A DNA stretch of 64,000 bases from Promethearchaeota archaeon. Its GTDB lineage: Archaea; Asgardarchaeota; Lokiarchaeia; Sigyniarchaeales; SOKP01. The notes beneath the pieces were generated by a model, which saw only the letters and a program-made list of their open reading frames with translations, was not told where the DNA came from and searched no databases. Shown here piece after piece: positions 10,333 through 21,090 of the stretch; the stretch's first letter is position 1; the number at the start of each line of letters is the position of its first letter. The stretch is taken from positions 171,208 to 235,207 of the forward strand of contig JAHPZJ010000030.1 of the NCBI GenBank assembly GCA_019058245.1. The letters run 5' to 3'. A program made the position numbers and the translations under genes.

Positions 10333-12009
10333 ATGATAAAGAAAAATTATAAAAGAAATCAATATTTGAAAGAAAGTTCTCAAGAAGAAGAGTTGAATTT
10401 ACCTTTAAGTTTAAAATTAGATAGATTCTTTTCTAAGTCAATATACAGAAAAAGTCTAGATTCTATAGTAATTCTCTTTTTTATTTTGGTTATTATAGGT
10501 CCGATAATCAACATTTTTTCAACGATTTTTCTAAATATTCCTGCTATAAATAAAGATGTTTTTAACGACCCATTGTTGGGAGATTTACAATGGCATAATA
10601 TGTTGAGAGCTTTAGGATCCTCCTTTTCAATTGCATCAATAGCCGTAGGGGTCGATATTATTATTGCTTTTCCCATATCAATCATATTAACGAGATATAA
10701 TTTTAGAGGTAAAAAAATACTTGATGCATTGGTAGATCTGCCAATGGCTGTACCTACTAGTGCATTAGGTTTTTCTATAATGTTATTTTGGGGAATATTT
10801 GGAATATATCCGGGATTTACATTGATTGTGCTTGGACACATAGTATTCACATTCCCATATATCGTGCGAAACATGAAGATTGTATTAGAAAAATCCGCTG
10901 TTCTATATGAAGATGCCGCTCAAACCCTAGGAGCACCAGGATTCACAGTATTTCGAACTATTACGCTTCCATTGATGAAGGAGGGATTAATAGCTGGGGC
11001 TATCCTTGCATTTACGAGAAGTTTAGGTGAAACTGGTGCAACAATTATACTTTCAGGTTTAATAGAAACAGCCCCAATTCTGATTGTGGGATATAGAAGG
11101 CAATTAGATTTACCCTCTGCTTCTCTATTAGCTGGAATACTAATAGTAATTTCTCTTTTACTACTCTTTTCAATTAAATTTATAACTCGGAAAATAGGAT
11201 TTCCAGTTAGTTCAGTATGGCCTAGAATAGAAAGATTTTTAAGTAAAAAGAATCTAAGACATATAAGAGATTTTTTAGCTTTAGGAATCCTTTTTGTTGT
11301 AATTCTTATCCCTGCTTTTTATATTATAGTAGAAATAATTGGTGCAAATTTTGTAGAGGAAGTTTTCTTAGGAAAAGATTATAAGTGGGCATTTTTATAT
11401 ACGAGTTTTATTTACTCAATTGAAATAGGAGCTTTAGCTGTTTTTATAAATTTAATTTTTGGAATACCTTTTGCATTTATAATTACAAAACGAAAGTGGG
11501 GAAAAGTAATCACCATTTTAGATACTATTTTAGATATCCCGATTGCAATTCCTTCAGCAGCTTTAGGATTTGCAACATTTTTATTTTGGGGTCCATCAGG
11601 CCTTGGTTTGTTTCAATCTGGATTTTTTATGATATTATTTGTACATATTGCTTTTACATTTCCATATATGGTTCGTCCAATTATTGGAGTTTTAGAATCT
11701 TCAAATAAGGGAGTTGAAGAAGCTGCTCGAACTTTAGGTGCTTCGAATATGACCGTTTTTAGGAAAATTACTCTTCCCAACATAAAGCAAGGGATTATTG
11801 CAGGATGTATAATGACTTTCACTCGCTCATTAGGAGAGACAGGTGCAACTATTGTTGTAATGGGGGGTATAAGAACCATTCCTGTGCTTATCGTAGATTT
11901 TGTTGAGGCAAATGCCTATGCCTCAGCAATATTTGCGAGTGTAATTATTATGATTTTTAGTGCATTCTTAATTTTTGCATTACGAACAGTATCAAAAAAA
12001 AGAGGATAG
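10333..12009 (+). CDS. ABC importer permease, two fused TM domains (CysT/ModB/FbpB-like)
   Basis: Two EAA loops (YEDAAQTLGA, VEEAARTLGA) and duplicated 'FTRSLGETGATI'. Confidence 0.88.
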   Translation: MIKKNYKRNQYLKESSQEEELNLPLSLKLDRFFSKSIYRKSLDSIVILFFILVIIGPIINIFSTIFLNIPAINKDVFNDPLLGDLQWHNMLRALGSSFSIASIAVGVDIIIAFPISIILTRYNFRGKKILDALVDLPMAVPTSALGFSIMLFWGIFGIYPGFTLIVLGHIVFTFPYIVRNMKIVLEKSAVLYEDAAQTLGAPGFTVFRTITLPLMKEGLIAGAILAFTRSLGETGATIILSGLIETAPILIVGYRRQLDLPSASLLAGILIVISLLLLFSIKFITRKIGFPVSSVWPRIERFLSKKNLRHIRDFLALGILFVVILIPAFYIIVEIIGANFVEEVFLGKDYKWAFLYTSFIYSIEIGALAVFINLIFGIPFAFIITKRKWGKVITILDTILDIPIAIPSAALGFATFLFWGPSGLGLFQSGFFMILFVHIAFTFPYMVRPIIGVLESSNKGVEEAARTLGASNMTVFRKITLPNIKQGIIAGCIMTFTRSLGETGATIVVMGGIRTIPVLIVDFVEANAYASAIFASVIIMIFSAFLIFALRTVSKKRG

Positions 12010-12013
12010 TCTA

Positions 12014-13159
12014 TTGCCAACTATAGAACTAATAAACGTTACAAAAACTTTTAATGAAGGTAAGGTTCTAGCTGTTGATAATATCTCTGTGAAAATTGAG
12101 CATGGGGAATATGTTTTTTTGATAGGACCTACTGGATGTGGGAAAACCACAACACTTAGAATGATTGCGGGACTTGAAGATCCTACTAAAGGTAAATTTT
12201 TGATTGATGGAAAAGACGTTAAAGGCATCCCACCAGAAGATAGAGATATGGGTTTTATTTTTCAACATTTTGAAATTTTTGATCATTTGACTATATGGGA
12301 AAATGTAACCTTTGGTTTAGAAATGCGAGGTTATAACGATAATTATATTATTAAGGAAGCTGAGAAAGCTCTCAAAACAGTTGATTTATTACAATATGCT
12401 GATGAATATCCATCAATTTTTGGAAATCCAGGTTTACAAAAATTAGGAATAGCAAGAGCAATAGCAACAGGTGCTAAAATTTTGATTATGGATGAGCCAT
12501 TAGGATCTTTAGATCCTAAAGTATCCAAAGTTTTTCGTCATGAATTAAGAAATTTAGTAAAAGATTTAGGTCTCACAGCTATACATGTCACTCATAATCA
12601 AGAAGAAGCGATGGCTATAGCCGATAAAATTATAATTATGAGAGGAGGAAAATTACTTCAGATGGGATCTCCTTATGAGTTATATGAAAATCCAAATAGT
12701 ATATTTGTTGCAAATTTTTTAGGAGAAACTAATTTTCTTCAAGGATTTGTTTTAAAATTACTTGAAAATGAAGAAATGGAGATTAGAATACGTTTAGGAG
12801 GTCCAAAATTAAAAACGCATAATTTTGGTAACAAATTTGATTTAGATGATAATATAGTAATCGCTTATCGATTTGAAGATGTATATTTATTTCCAGAAGA
12901 CTATAATTTTAAAAATAGTCAATATGATTGGTCTCAAATGGAATTATTTGAAGTAATTTTAGAAACATCAAGATTTATTGGGGCAACAAAAAGATTTTAC
13001 TTAACATTGGATAACAATGAGAAGTTTATTTCGGTAAAACCAGGAAATTTTGAGGAAAATTTCATCTCTGGAAAAAAATTGATAGTTGGAATTCACAAAG
13101 ATGATATTCATGTATTTAAAGCCCCTGATAACTTATTATCTGAACTTTCTTTATCGTAG
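12014..13159 (+). CDS. ABC importer ATPase (PotA/MalK-like) with degenerate signature motif; probable TTG start at 12014
   Basis: Walker A GPTGCGKT, Q-loop FQ, Walker B IMDE, H-loop THN; signature reads FGNPG instead of LSGGQ. Confidence 0.85.
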   Translation: MPTIELINVTKTFNEGKVLAVDNISVKIEHGEYVFLIGPTGCGKTTTLRMIAGLEDPTKGKFLIDGKDVKGIPPEDRDMGFIFQHFEIFDHLTIWENVTFGLEMRGYNDNYIIKEAEKALKTVDLLQYADEYPSIFGNPGLQKLGIARAIATGAKILIMDEPLGSLDPKVSKVFRHELRNLVKDLGLTAIHVTHNQEEAMAIADKIIIMRGGKLLQMGSPYELYENPNSIFVANFLGETNFLQGFVLKLLENEEMEIRIRLGGPKLKTHNFGNKFDLDDNIVIAYRFEDVYLFPEDYNFKNSQYDWSQMELFEVILETSRFIGATKRFYLTLDNNEKFISVKPGNFEENFISGKKLIVGIHKDDIHVFKAPDNLLSELSLS

Positions 13160-13170
13160 GTGAGAAACTA

Positions 13171-14394
13171 TTGGTAAATATTAAACTTAAATGCATCTTT
13201 AAAAAGTTTAGAAATTTCACAGCTTTAGAAAATATTTCACTAGAGATAAAAGATAAAGAATATTTTATTATTTTAGGCCCTACTGGTGCTGGTAAAACTA
13301 CTTTACTTAAACTTATTGCTGGTCTTCTTAAGCCTGATTCGGGAAAGATATTTTTCGATGAGCAGGATGTTACTAAGAAATCACCTGGAGAAAGAAATAT
13401 AGGTTTTATGTTTGAAAACTATGCATTATTTCCTCATATGAATGTTGTCGAAAACATTTCTTACAGTGGAAGAGTTCATGCTAGAGATTCTCAAACAACC
13501 AAATCATTAGTTGAACAAGTATTAATGATGACTTTATTAACAAGAAGAGACGATGCATACCCAGATGAGCTTAGTGGGGGAATGAAACAGAGAGTTGCAT
13601 TATGTCGGTCTTTACTCAATCTAGAACAAACTAAATTATTGATATTAGATGAACCTCTAAAAGCACTTGATGCCGGACTTAGAATGAGTTTAAGAAGAGA
13701 ATTACTTTTAATGGCAAAATCTAAAGAATTAGGATTAACAGTAATTCATGTTACCAATGACGAAAGAGAGGCCATGATGGTAGCTGATAGAATAGCTGTA
13801 ATTAATGAAGGAAAACTTATTCAAGTAGGAAGTCCTCATGAGATATATTACCATCCAATTAATCTTTTTGTCGCAAACTTTATGAGTGAAATCAATTATT
13901 TTGATGGAATTTGTGTTAAAAATAAAAAGCTAGAATGGGATATTCACAGTAAATCTAAACAGGGGGATAAATTCTTCAATGAGATTCAAGAAGAATCTGT
14001 TCCAATGCCAATAGATATTGGTTTTGAAAATACTTTCGCAGGTTATTTAAAAGAATCATTGTATAATAAAATTCAAGATAATGATAAAGTATTATTAGTT
14101 GTTCGAACTAACCACATGAAAATTCGATTGGGTAATCGCGTCAGTGAAAAAAGAAATGCAATACTGGGAACAATACTCCGTCGTAAATTTATGGGAGTAT
14201 TTTACCGATTCGAAATACTTGCAAAGGTAGATCATAAAGATAAAGTGATTATTGTTACTAGATCAGCCACTTATGAAATCCATAATGCATTTTTAGAGAA
14301 TTCTGAGGTAACCGTATATTTTCCTAAAGAATTGGGAATAATATTTGAGCACCCAGGTGATGAAATAATAAGAGAAGTATTAAAATTAGAATAA
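13171..14394 (+). CDS. ABC importer ATPase (PotA/MalK-like) with altered Q-loop and H-loop
   Basis: Walker A GPTGAGKT, signature LSGGM, Walker B ILDE; Q-loop FENY, H-loop VTND. Confidence 0.85.
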   Translation: MVNIKLKCIFKKFRNFTALENISLEIKDKEYFIILGPTGAGKTTLLKLIAGLLKPDSGKIFFDEQDVTKKSPGERNIGFMFENYALFPHMNVVENISYSGRVHARDSQTTKSLVEQVLMMTLLTRRDDAYPDELSGGMKQRVALCRSLLNLEQTKLLILDEPLKALDAGLRMSLRRELLLMAKSKELGLTVIHVTNDEREAMMVADRIAVINEGKLIQVGSPHEIYYHPINLFVANFMSEINYFDGICVKNKKLEWDIHSKSKQGDKFFNEIQEESVPMPIDIGFENTFAGYLKESLYNKIQDNDKVLLVVRTNHMKIRLGNRVSEKRNAILGTILRRKFMGVFYRFEILAKVDHKDKVIIVTRSATYEIHNAFLENSEVTVYFPKELGIIFEHPGDEIIREVLKLE

Positions 14395-14446
14395 AAATAT
14401 TAAATAATATTGAAATAAATAAGAAATTTAAAAAAAAAGAGTTCTC

Positions 14447-15130
14447 ATGAGTTCTTTAATGGAATGGTTTAAATCGCGTAATGAAGAAAACGCAATGAAT
14501 TTAACATTAGTTCATACTCAGAAAGTACTTGAATGTATTGTCGAATTTGATAAAGGATTATCCTTCTTACTTGAAGAAAAAAACATAGACCTCGCATTAA
14601 AGGTTTTTTTTAGAGTCGATGAATTAGAACATCAGGCAGATGGGATTCGAAGAAATATTCTTAACATGTTATCACAGGCAGAACTTCCATCTAAAATTCG
14701 AGAGAATTTAACGCATCTTGTTAAAAGAATTGATGATATTGCAAATGCAGCCAACACGAGTTCAAGAATTCTTATCTCTATGAATCATAAGGATTTTATG
14801 AATTTAGGAGAGGTTATCCATAAAAATATCTTAGAAATTTCAAAAATTTCGGTAGAAGCTATTAAAAAAGTAAATCTTATGGTAAATGAACTTTTAAAAG
14901 CAGAAGAAGAAAAAACACAACAGCTAGGGCAAGAAGTTAACCTTTTAGAACACCAATGTGATGAAAAACATTACGCAATCAGTCGAAGTTTGGTATCAAA
15001 TAATCTTGATATAAATCCATTTAGTGCAATAGTGATTTATAATTGTATATCAGCTATGGAAGCTATTAGTGACAATGCTGAAGACGTTGCGGATTATATC
15101 ATTATGTTGACAGTAGCAAAAAAAATGTAA
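14447..15130 (+). CDS. DUF47 family (PhoU-like) phosphate transport regulator
   Basis: Duplicated 'LEHQAD ... DDIA' and 'LEHQCD ... E AISDNAEDVAD'. Confidence 0.85.
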   Translation: MSSLMEWFKSRNEENAMNLTLVHTQKVLECIVEFDKGLSFLLEEKNIDLALKVFFRVDELEHQADGIRRNILNMLSQAELPSKIRENLTHLVKRIDDIANAANTSSRILISMNHKDFMNLGEVIHKNILEISKISVEAIKKVNLMVNELLKAEEEKTQQLGQEVNLLEHQCDEKHYAISRSLVSNNLDINPFSAIVIYNCISAMEAISDNAEDVADYIIMLTVAKKM

Positions 15131-15137
15131 TTCTAGT

Positions 15138-15746
15138 TTACATGTTTTTTTGCTTTTTTACATTATCCTTTAGAAGAATAATCGATTCCTCTCTCGCTTT
15201 CAGAAGAGATCTCTCTTTAATTCCTGCCATTTCTTTAGAGGGTAAGATTTTTTCCTTAATTACTTTTTTAAGAAGTAGATACTCATCTTTTCTGCTAATA
15301 AAAGGATCTACTTTTTCCTCATGAATAAGTTCTTCAATAGTTGTATTTTTTCCATTACAATTGCCTTCTGTTAGATCAAATCTAAAATTATTATATACCA
15401 AAAAGCAATGTACCATTGGTACATAAGGAATATTATATTTTTTTAAAATTTCATTAGTTCCATTTGAGATTTCTTCCGTAAATTTGTAAACCCCTACATG
15501 CTTATAGAGGGGAATGTCAAGTTCTTCAGCCAAACCTGCAATTATTGCATGCTTAGTTGTACAAGTACCTATATTTTCTTTAAACAAAATCATCCTATCC
15601 TCATAATCGGTATTATATCCATATTCAATATTATGGACAAAATCACAGGCTTCTCTAAATGATTTAATTCCAAGATCTATAAATTTTTTTGATATTTGTC
15701 CAATAGGTTTAATTTGAACATCAGGTAAATTAGAATATGTGTCCAT
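15138..15746 (-). CDS. Hypothetical protein, possible transglutaminase-like Cys-His-Asp hydrolase
   Basis: 'GTCTTKHA', 'HCFL', 'FDLT' in papain/transglutaminase-like order. Confidence 0.55.
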   Translation of the reverse strand: MDTYSNLPDVQIKPIGQISKKFIDLGIKSFREACDFVHNIEYGYNTDYEDRMILFKENIGTCTTKHAIIAGLAEELDIPLYKHVGVYKFTEEISNGTNEILKKYNIPYVPMVHCFLVYNNFRFDLTEGNCNGKNTTIEELIHEEKVDPFISRKDEYLLLKKVIKEKILPSKEMAGIKERSLLKAREESIILLKDNVKKQKNM

Positions 15747-15889
15747 TATAATCTGATTGATTATTTAAATAACTTTTATTCTTATCACTTAATTATTATT
15801 TATTAAATTAATTCCTAAAAAATATAAGTAAAATTTAAGGAGTAATTTTTTACAAATCTAGATTTTACTCACTAGAGAGAAAAAAAAAA

Positions 15890-16543
15890 TTAAGAAATCT
15901 CTTTATGTTCTCCAGTTACCATGTAATGAACTTTCTCAGCAATTTTACATGCATGATCAGCACTCCTTTCTAAAAATCGTGCAATCATACCAAAAAAGGC
16001 ACAAGATGTTATTGTTTTAGGATCTTCCATCATATATGTTAAACATTCTCTGAATATTGACCATCTCATTTTATCGATTTCATTATCCCTCTCCTCAAAT
16101 TTATCGATGTATTTAATATCCGACTCATCAAAAGCTTTAAGTGCATCTTCAATCATTAGTTTTGTATGTTCCCACATATGCTGTAAATTTACAAATGGGG
16201 CAGGATAAGGTTGTTTTTTTGAAATTTCCTCCACAACTGATGCAATATCTTTTCCATATCTCCCTATCCTTGCAAGATAAGTAATCATTTTTAATATTGT
16301 TGCTAACCTTCTGAGATCTATTGCCATGGGTTGATAAAGAGCTATTAATTTCAAAGCCTTCGCTTCAATATTAGCATCCATCTCTCTTATCTTATGTTTT
16401 CTTTTCTCTGTAATTTTAGCTAATTCTATATCCTGAGTAGATAACGCCTTCATTGAATCATCTAACATTCCTAAAGCTAAATTACCCATATCAAGAACTT
16501 CTTTTTTTAATTCAAAAATTTCTCTATGTAATTCTTTAGCCAT
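15890..16543 (-). CDS. phoU: Phosphate signalling complex protein PhoU
   Basis: 'QPMAIDLR', 'RIGRY', 'ERSADHA'; directly downstream of pstB. Confidence 0.92.
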   Translation of the reverse strand: MAKELHREIFELKKEVLDMGNLALGMLDDSMKALSTQDIELAKITEKRKHKIREMDANIEAKALKLIALYQPMAIDLRRLATILKMITYLARIGRYGKDIASVVEEISKKQPYPAPFVNLQHMWEHTKLMIEDALKAFDESDIKYIDKFEERDNEIDKMRWSIFRECLTYMMEDPKTITSCAFFGMIARFLERSADHACKIAEKVHYMVTGEHKEIS

Positions 16544-16553
16544 AATAATTCAC

Positions 16554-17387
16554 CTAACCAAATCTTCCAGTTATATAATTTTCTGTTAATTGATTGTTTG
16601 GATTTTCGAAAATTTGCTCAGTATTTCCAAATTCTATCAATTTTCCTAAATACATAAAACCTGTATAATCACTGATTCTTGCTGCTTGTTGCATATTATG
16701 AGTTACAATTATCATTGTCCATTGTTTCTTCAACTCAAGTATTAATTCTTCTATCTTTTGTGTTGCGATTGGATCAAGTGAAGCAGTTGGTTCGTCCATT
16801 AAAAGAATTTCAGGTTCAACTGCTAAAGCTCTTGCGATACATAATCTTTGTTGCTGACCTCCTGATAATCCCATCGCAGATTCATCTAATCTATCCCGAA
16901 CCTCATCCCATAAGACGGCTCTCCTAAGGTTTTTCTCTGTAATTTCAGTTAAGATTTTATCGTCAATGATTTTATGAATTTTTGGACCATATGTAATATT
17001 ATCATATACAGACATTGGAAACGGATTAGGTTTTTGAAAGATCATTCCGATTTTTTTCCTATTCAACCTTATGTCTGCATTTTTCGAATATAGATTCTCT
17101 CCTTGAAATAAGACTTCACCCTCAATTCTGCATCCCTCAATTACATCATTCATGCGATTTAGGCAACGTAGTAAGGTACTTTTTCCGCATCCCGATGGTC
17201 CAATGATTGCTGTAACTTCATTCCGTTTGAATTTCATATTTATATCCATTAAGGCTTGAGATTCTTCATACCATAGATTCAAATTTCTGCATTCAATTAC
17301 AGTATCATCTTGGTACATATTTGAATCATTTAAATTGTTCTTGTGTTCAATTTCTAACTTATTTTTATTTTTACTTTTAAAGACCAA
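16554..17387 (-). CDS. pstB: Phosphate ABC transporter ATP-binding protein
   Basis: GPSGCGKST, 'LNRMND', 'FQKPNPF', LSGGQQQR, 'YITGRFG'. Confidence 0.96.
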   Translation of the reverse strand: MVFKSKNKNKLEIEHKNNLNDSNMYQDDTVIECRNLNLWYEESQALMDINMKFKRNEVTAIIGPSGCGKSTLLRCLNRMNDVIEGCRIEGEVLFQGENLYSKNADIRLNRKKIGMIFQKPNPFPMSVYDNITYGPKIHKIIDDKILTEITEKNLRRAVLWDEVRDRLDESAMGLSGGQQQRLCIARALAVEPEILLMDEPTASLDPIATQKIEELILELKKQWTMIIVTHNMQQAARISDYTGFMYLGKLIEFGNTEQIFENPNNQLTENYITGRFG

Positions 17388-17393
17388 AACAAA

Positions 17394-19529
17394 TCACCAT
17401 TGTTTTCTTTTTTCATATCTAGATCTTATAACAAATGCTACTCCATATAATATTAATACTAGTAATAATAATGTCAAGGCTGTACCAGCAGCTTCTTCTA
17501 CAGAGAATAATGCTTCAGTGAGTAATCTATATAAATGGTAAGTTAGAGCCATTACTGGTTGAAAAATAGACAAGGTAATAATATATCTAGAAGTTGTTCT
17601 AACAGCCGTAAACATAATTGGAGCCGTTTCTCCTGCACTTCTTCCCATTCCTAAGACGGCACCTGTAACAATTCCTGGTAATGCAGCAGGTAATACAATT
17701 TTACTTATTCCCTGCCATTTACTTGATCCTAAAGCTAAACTTCCTTCTCTAAACGACGGGGGAATTGCTTTAACTGCTTCTTCTGTAGTTCTTATTATTG
17801 TAGGAAGAATCATTAGACCTAAAGTTAACATTCCTGCTATTAGTGACTTTTGTAGTCCAAAAACTACTAGAAAGAGCACAACTCCAAATAAAGCAAATAC
17901 TATTGAAGGGGTACCATTTAAATTATCAATTCCAGAACGTATAATTTTTGTAACTTTGTTATCCCTTGCATATTCAGAAAGATAAATCCCAGCACACATA
18001 CCAAGGGGTAAAGCAAAAGCAATAGATCCTAAGGTAAGTTGAATAGTACCTGTGATTGCTGGGAGTATTCCTCCTTCCATTGAACTAGCCGTAAGAAAAT
18101 TAGGTCGATATGAGTCTTCCATTCCAGGAATTCTTATTAATACAGGAATACCGTTAGCGATAATATAATACAAGAGTGTTCCTACAGCAATTACAGCAAA
18201 TGAAGAACATAAATATACAATTATAAACCAAAATTTTTCTTGACCAACAGTAGAAATTCTTTTAAATATAAGCCTAGTTCCAATAATTAATGCAATTACA
18301 ATAACAGTTAGAAATATTCCAATCCAAGTACTAAGTACCCATCCTGCAAATAACAAAATTACTCCATATAGTATCCATTTCTTTTGATTTTTTGGTACTA
18401 TAGTATACATTTGGAAAGTTAACCCTAATCCTATACAAATTATTGCTCCGACAACTTTAGAAATCATATCAGGTAATATGATAGCTATAAAGACAGAGAT
18501 AATTAAAGCTATTAGCAAAATTCTATATTTTAAAACTTGACTATATATCTTAGATTCTTTAAGATTCACATGTTTTTCTTTTACTTTTTCTCCTGTAAAT
18601 TTTCTCTGAATTCTATTTAAAATAACATTTGCAATTGTATTTACCATCAATGTCATTATAAATAATGTTATTCCTAATGCAAAATAACTCCTCCATTCTA
18701 TGCTACCAGTCTCAGTTGGTCCCAAACCTAATCCAATAGTTGAAGTAATTACCGCCACACATGAGAACATGTTTGTTAATGGTTCAGGGAAAACTTTACA
18801 ATTACCGATTACTAACATCATTGCCATAGTTTCACCTAAAGCTCTACCGATACCTAAAACTAGGGCAGCTGTAATACCAGACATACCTGCAGGTATCACT
18901 ACCTTACGAATAGTTTGCCATTTTGTTGCTCCCATAGCATATGAAGCCTCTCTATAATAATCTGGAACTGCCCTGATTGAATCTTCACAGACCGATACAA
19001 TTGTAGGTAAAGCCATTATTGCTAATATTAAAGATCCTGATAACCATGTATTTCCATGATGTAAACCAAATAAATCTCTTATTATTATATTCAAGACCAC
19101 AAGACCAAAGAAACCAAAGACAATTGAAGGAATACCAGCAAGAATTTCTATGGTAAATTTAAGAACTTTCCTAAGTTTTGGTGGAGCTAACTCAGCAAGA
19201 AATATGGCAGTCATTAATCCCAGGGGTAATGCGATGATTATAGCTCCGAAAGTAACTAAAAGAGTATCAACAATGATAGGTAAAGCACCAAAATCTCCAT
19301 GCGAAGGAAGCCAATTTGTCCCTAAAAGAAATTCTGTGAGAGATACTTCAGTAAAGAAAGGGCCTCCAATCACAAATAAAAAAATTATTATTAAAAAAAC
19401 AAAAATAGTTGCAATGGAGGCAATGAAAAATAGAATTATCTTGATAAGTTTATCTCTGTCTTTTTTTAAATAAGAATAATCTTCATCCTCTATAAACACC
19501 TCATTTTCGAAAGTAGTTTCTGTGGACAT
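17394..19529 (-). CDS. pstCA: Fused phosphate ABC permease PstC-PstA
   Basis: N-half 'LAGIPSIVFG', 'GRALGETMA' (PstC); C-half 'GTPSIVF', 'RSAGETAP' (PstA); extra TM linker between them. Confidence 0.9.
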   Translation of the reverse strand: MSTETTFENEVFIEDEDYSYLKKDRDKLIKIILFFIASIATIFVFLIIIFLFVIGGPFFTEVSLTEFLLGTNWLPSHGDFGALPIIVDTLLVTFGAIIIALPLGLMTAIFLAELAPPKLRKVLKFTIEILAGIPSIVFGFFGLVVLNIIIRDLFGLHHGNTWLSGSLILAIMALPTIVSVCEDSIRAVPDYYREASYAMGATKWQTIRKVVIPAGMSGITAALVLGIGRALGETMAMMLVIGNCKVFPEPLTNMFSCVAVITSTIGLGLGPTETGSIEWRSYFALGITLFIMTLMVNTIANVILNRIQRKFTGEKVKEKHVNLKESKIYSQVLKYRILLIALIISVFIAIILPDMISKVVGAIICIGLGLTFQMYTIVPKNQKKWILYGVILLFAGWVLSTWIGIFLTVIVIALIIGTRLIFKRISTVGQEKFWFIIVYLCSSFAVIAVGTLLYYIIANGIPVLIRIPGMEDSYRPNFLTASSMEGGILPAITGTIQLTLGSIAFALPLGMCAGIYLSEYARDNKVTKIIRSGIDNLNGTPSIVFALFGVVLFLVVFGLQKSLIAGMLTLGLMILPTIIRTTEEAVKAIPPSFREGSLALGSSKWQGISKIVLPAALPGIVTGAVLGMGRSAGETAPIMFTAVRTTSRYIITLSIFQPVMALTYHLYRLLTEALFSVEEAAGTALTLLLLVLILYGVAFVIRSRYEKRKQW

Positions 19530-19778
19530 AGATTTGCGAAATTCTCATTTCTAGTATTTAATTTTTATAGAAGTGAAATTTAGACTTAATATATTGATAA
19601 TCCTCATAGAATATATTCGAATATTTACTCTATATAAAATATATAGTATTTTACAAATGGGACAAAATATCTATTTAGTGATTTATAGAATTAAGCCTAA
19701 ATTGTGTAAAAAACAAATTATCTAAAAAAAATAATAAAAAAAATAAAGAATTAAGACCTTCTTATTTAAAATGCGATT

Positions 19779-20678
19779 TTATTTCCAAATTCGGATAAAC
19801 CCTTCGGCTGCTACTTCTGCTTGTCCATGTGGACCATAAACAAAATCGATAAAAGCTTTAACCCATCCAGAAGCTGGTCCATTTGTGGTCAGATGTAGAG
19901 ATCTTGAAATTGGATAAGAACCATCCAATATAGTAGTTTCACTAGATGCAACTCCATTTATAGGAACTGCTATTACACTAGAATCAACATAACCTAACCC
20001 ACAATATCCAAAACCATATTGATTTGCCGCAACAGTTGTGACCATAACAATATTAGAAGCTACTTCTGTAAATCCAATAACTGAACTTTCATATCCAGCA
20101 TCATCTCCTAATTCTACATCAGTATCAGATAAAACTAATTCTTCAAATGTTGCTCTTGTTCCAGAACCATCAGCTCGGGTATGAACATCAATTGTCTCAG
20201 ATGATAAAGAAACATCAATATCATTCCATGTATCATAAGTACCATTGTAGATTAAAAAGACCTGTTGCATAGTAAGACCATTTGTTTGTAACCATAGAGC
20301 ATCTGGATTACTAGCGTCTATAATCACTGCAATACCATCTTTCGCAAACTTATAATCTGTTAAATCATTACCTGCAGTTGTATTTTCGCTCGGTTTTATA
20401 TTACGGGATGACATACCAATGTCATTTTGCCCGTCAATTGTGTCAGAGATACCATCTCCAGATCCTGTACCTGAAACAGAAATATCAACATTAGAATTTA
20501 TCTCCATAAAATCGGCAGCACATGCAGTTATTATAGGCTCACATGTAGTGGAACCCGTGATAATGATCGATGATGTTCCTGCTCCAGAAGGAGTGACAAG
20601 GCTAGTAACTCCCCAACCGACGAAAAACATGGCAATCATACCAACAACAGCAATAATCCATATACCATTTTTTTCCAT
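19779..20678 (-). CDS. pstS: Phosphate ABC substrate-binding protein
   Basis: 'GSTT', 'GSGDG', 'MSSR', 'RADGSGTRATF', 'YPISRSL'. Confidence 0.93.
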   Translation of the reverse strand: MEKNGIWIIAVVGMIAMFFVGWGVTSLVTPSGAGTSSIIITGSTTCEPIITACAADFMEINSNVDISVSGTGSGDGISDTIDGQNDIGMSSRNIKPSENTTAGNDLTDYKFAKDGIAVIIDASNPDALWLQTNGLTMQQVFLIYNGTYDTWNDIDVSLSSETIDVHTRADGSGTRATFEELVLSDTDVELGDDAGYESSVIGFTEVASNIVMVTTVAANQYGFGYCGLGYVDSSVIAVPINGVASSETTILDGSYPISRSLHLTTNGPASGWVKAFIDFVYGPHGQAEVAAEGFIRIWK

Positions 20679-20787
20679 TTAATTTCACAAATTTTTATTT
20701 AAAGACTTTTTTTTTAAATTGTTTAATTAGAGGTATTACTGGGAAAATATAAGAAATCACGACATAGATTATGTAGCATTATTTACC

Positions 20788-20801
20788 CTATATATTCTAT
20801 A
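20788..20801 (-). promoter_or_regulatory. Putative phosphate-regulon box TATAGAATATATAG upstream of pstS
   Basis: Exact copy on the minus strand, oriented toward pstS. Confidence 0.5.
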
Positions 20802-20965
20802 GAGAAATTCTTTATTTGGAATCTTATTCTCGACAAATAATTATTATGAGATTAATAACCATTTTAGTCTAAATCAAAAATTCTAACTATATAGATTAAG
20901 AGAAATACAATTTTACTTTTTTGTCAATCTTTCTACTAATTAATAAAACATAAATATAGATATAA

Positions 20966-20979
20966 TATAGAATATATAG
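20966..20979 (+). promoter_or_regulatory. Putative phosphate-regulon box TATAGAATATATAG upstream of the AbrB-PhoU regulator
   Basis: Exact copy on the plus strand, embedded in TATAG repeats. Confidence 0.5.
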
Positions 20980-21090
20980 AGTATATAGTTGAAATATAAA
21001 ATTGATTAATTATTTATTCTATATAATTATTTTGCAGAAATAAAGACATTTATTAATCTATATAGATAAATTAAGAGATAAGGGAAATTT

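Noticed and set aside
11975-12013. N-terminal extension of ATPase-1 in the ORF track
   Set aside because: It overlaps the permease end; TTG at 12014 after GAGGA fits the family start better
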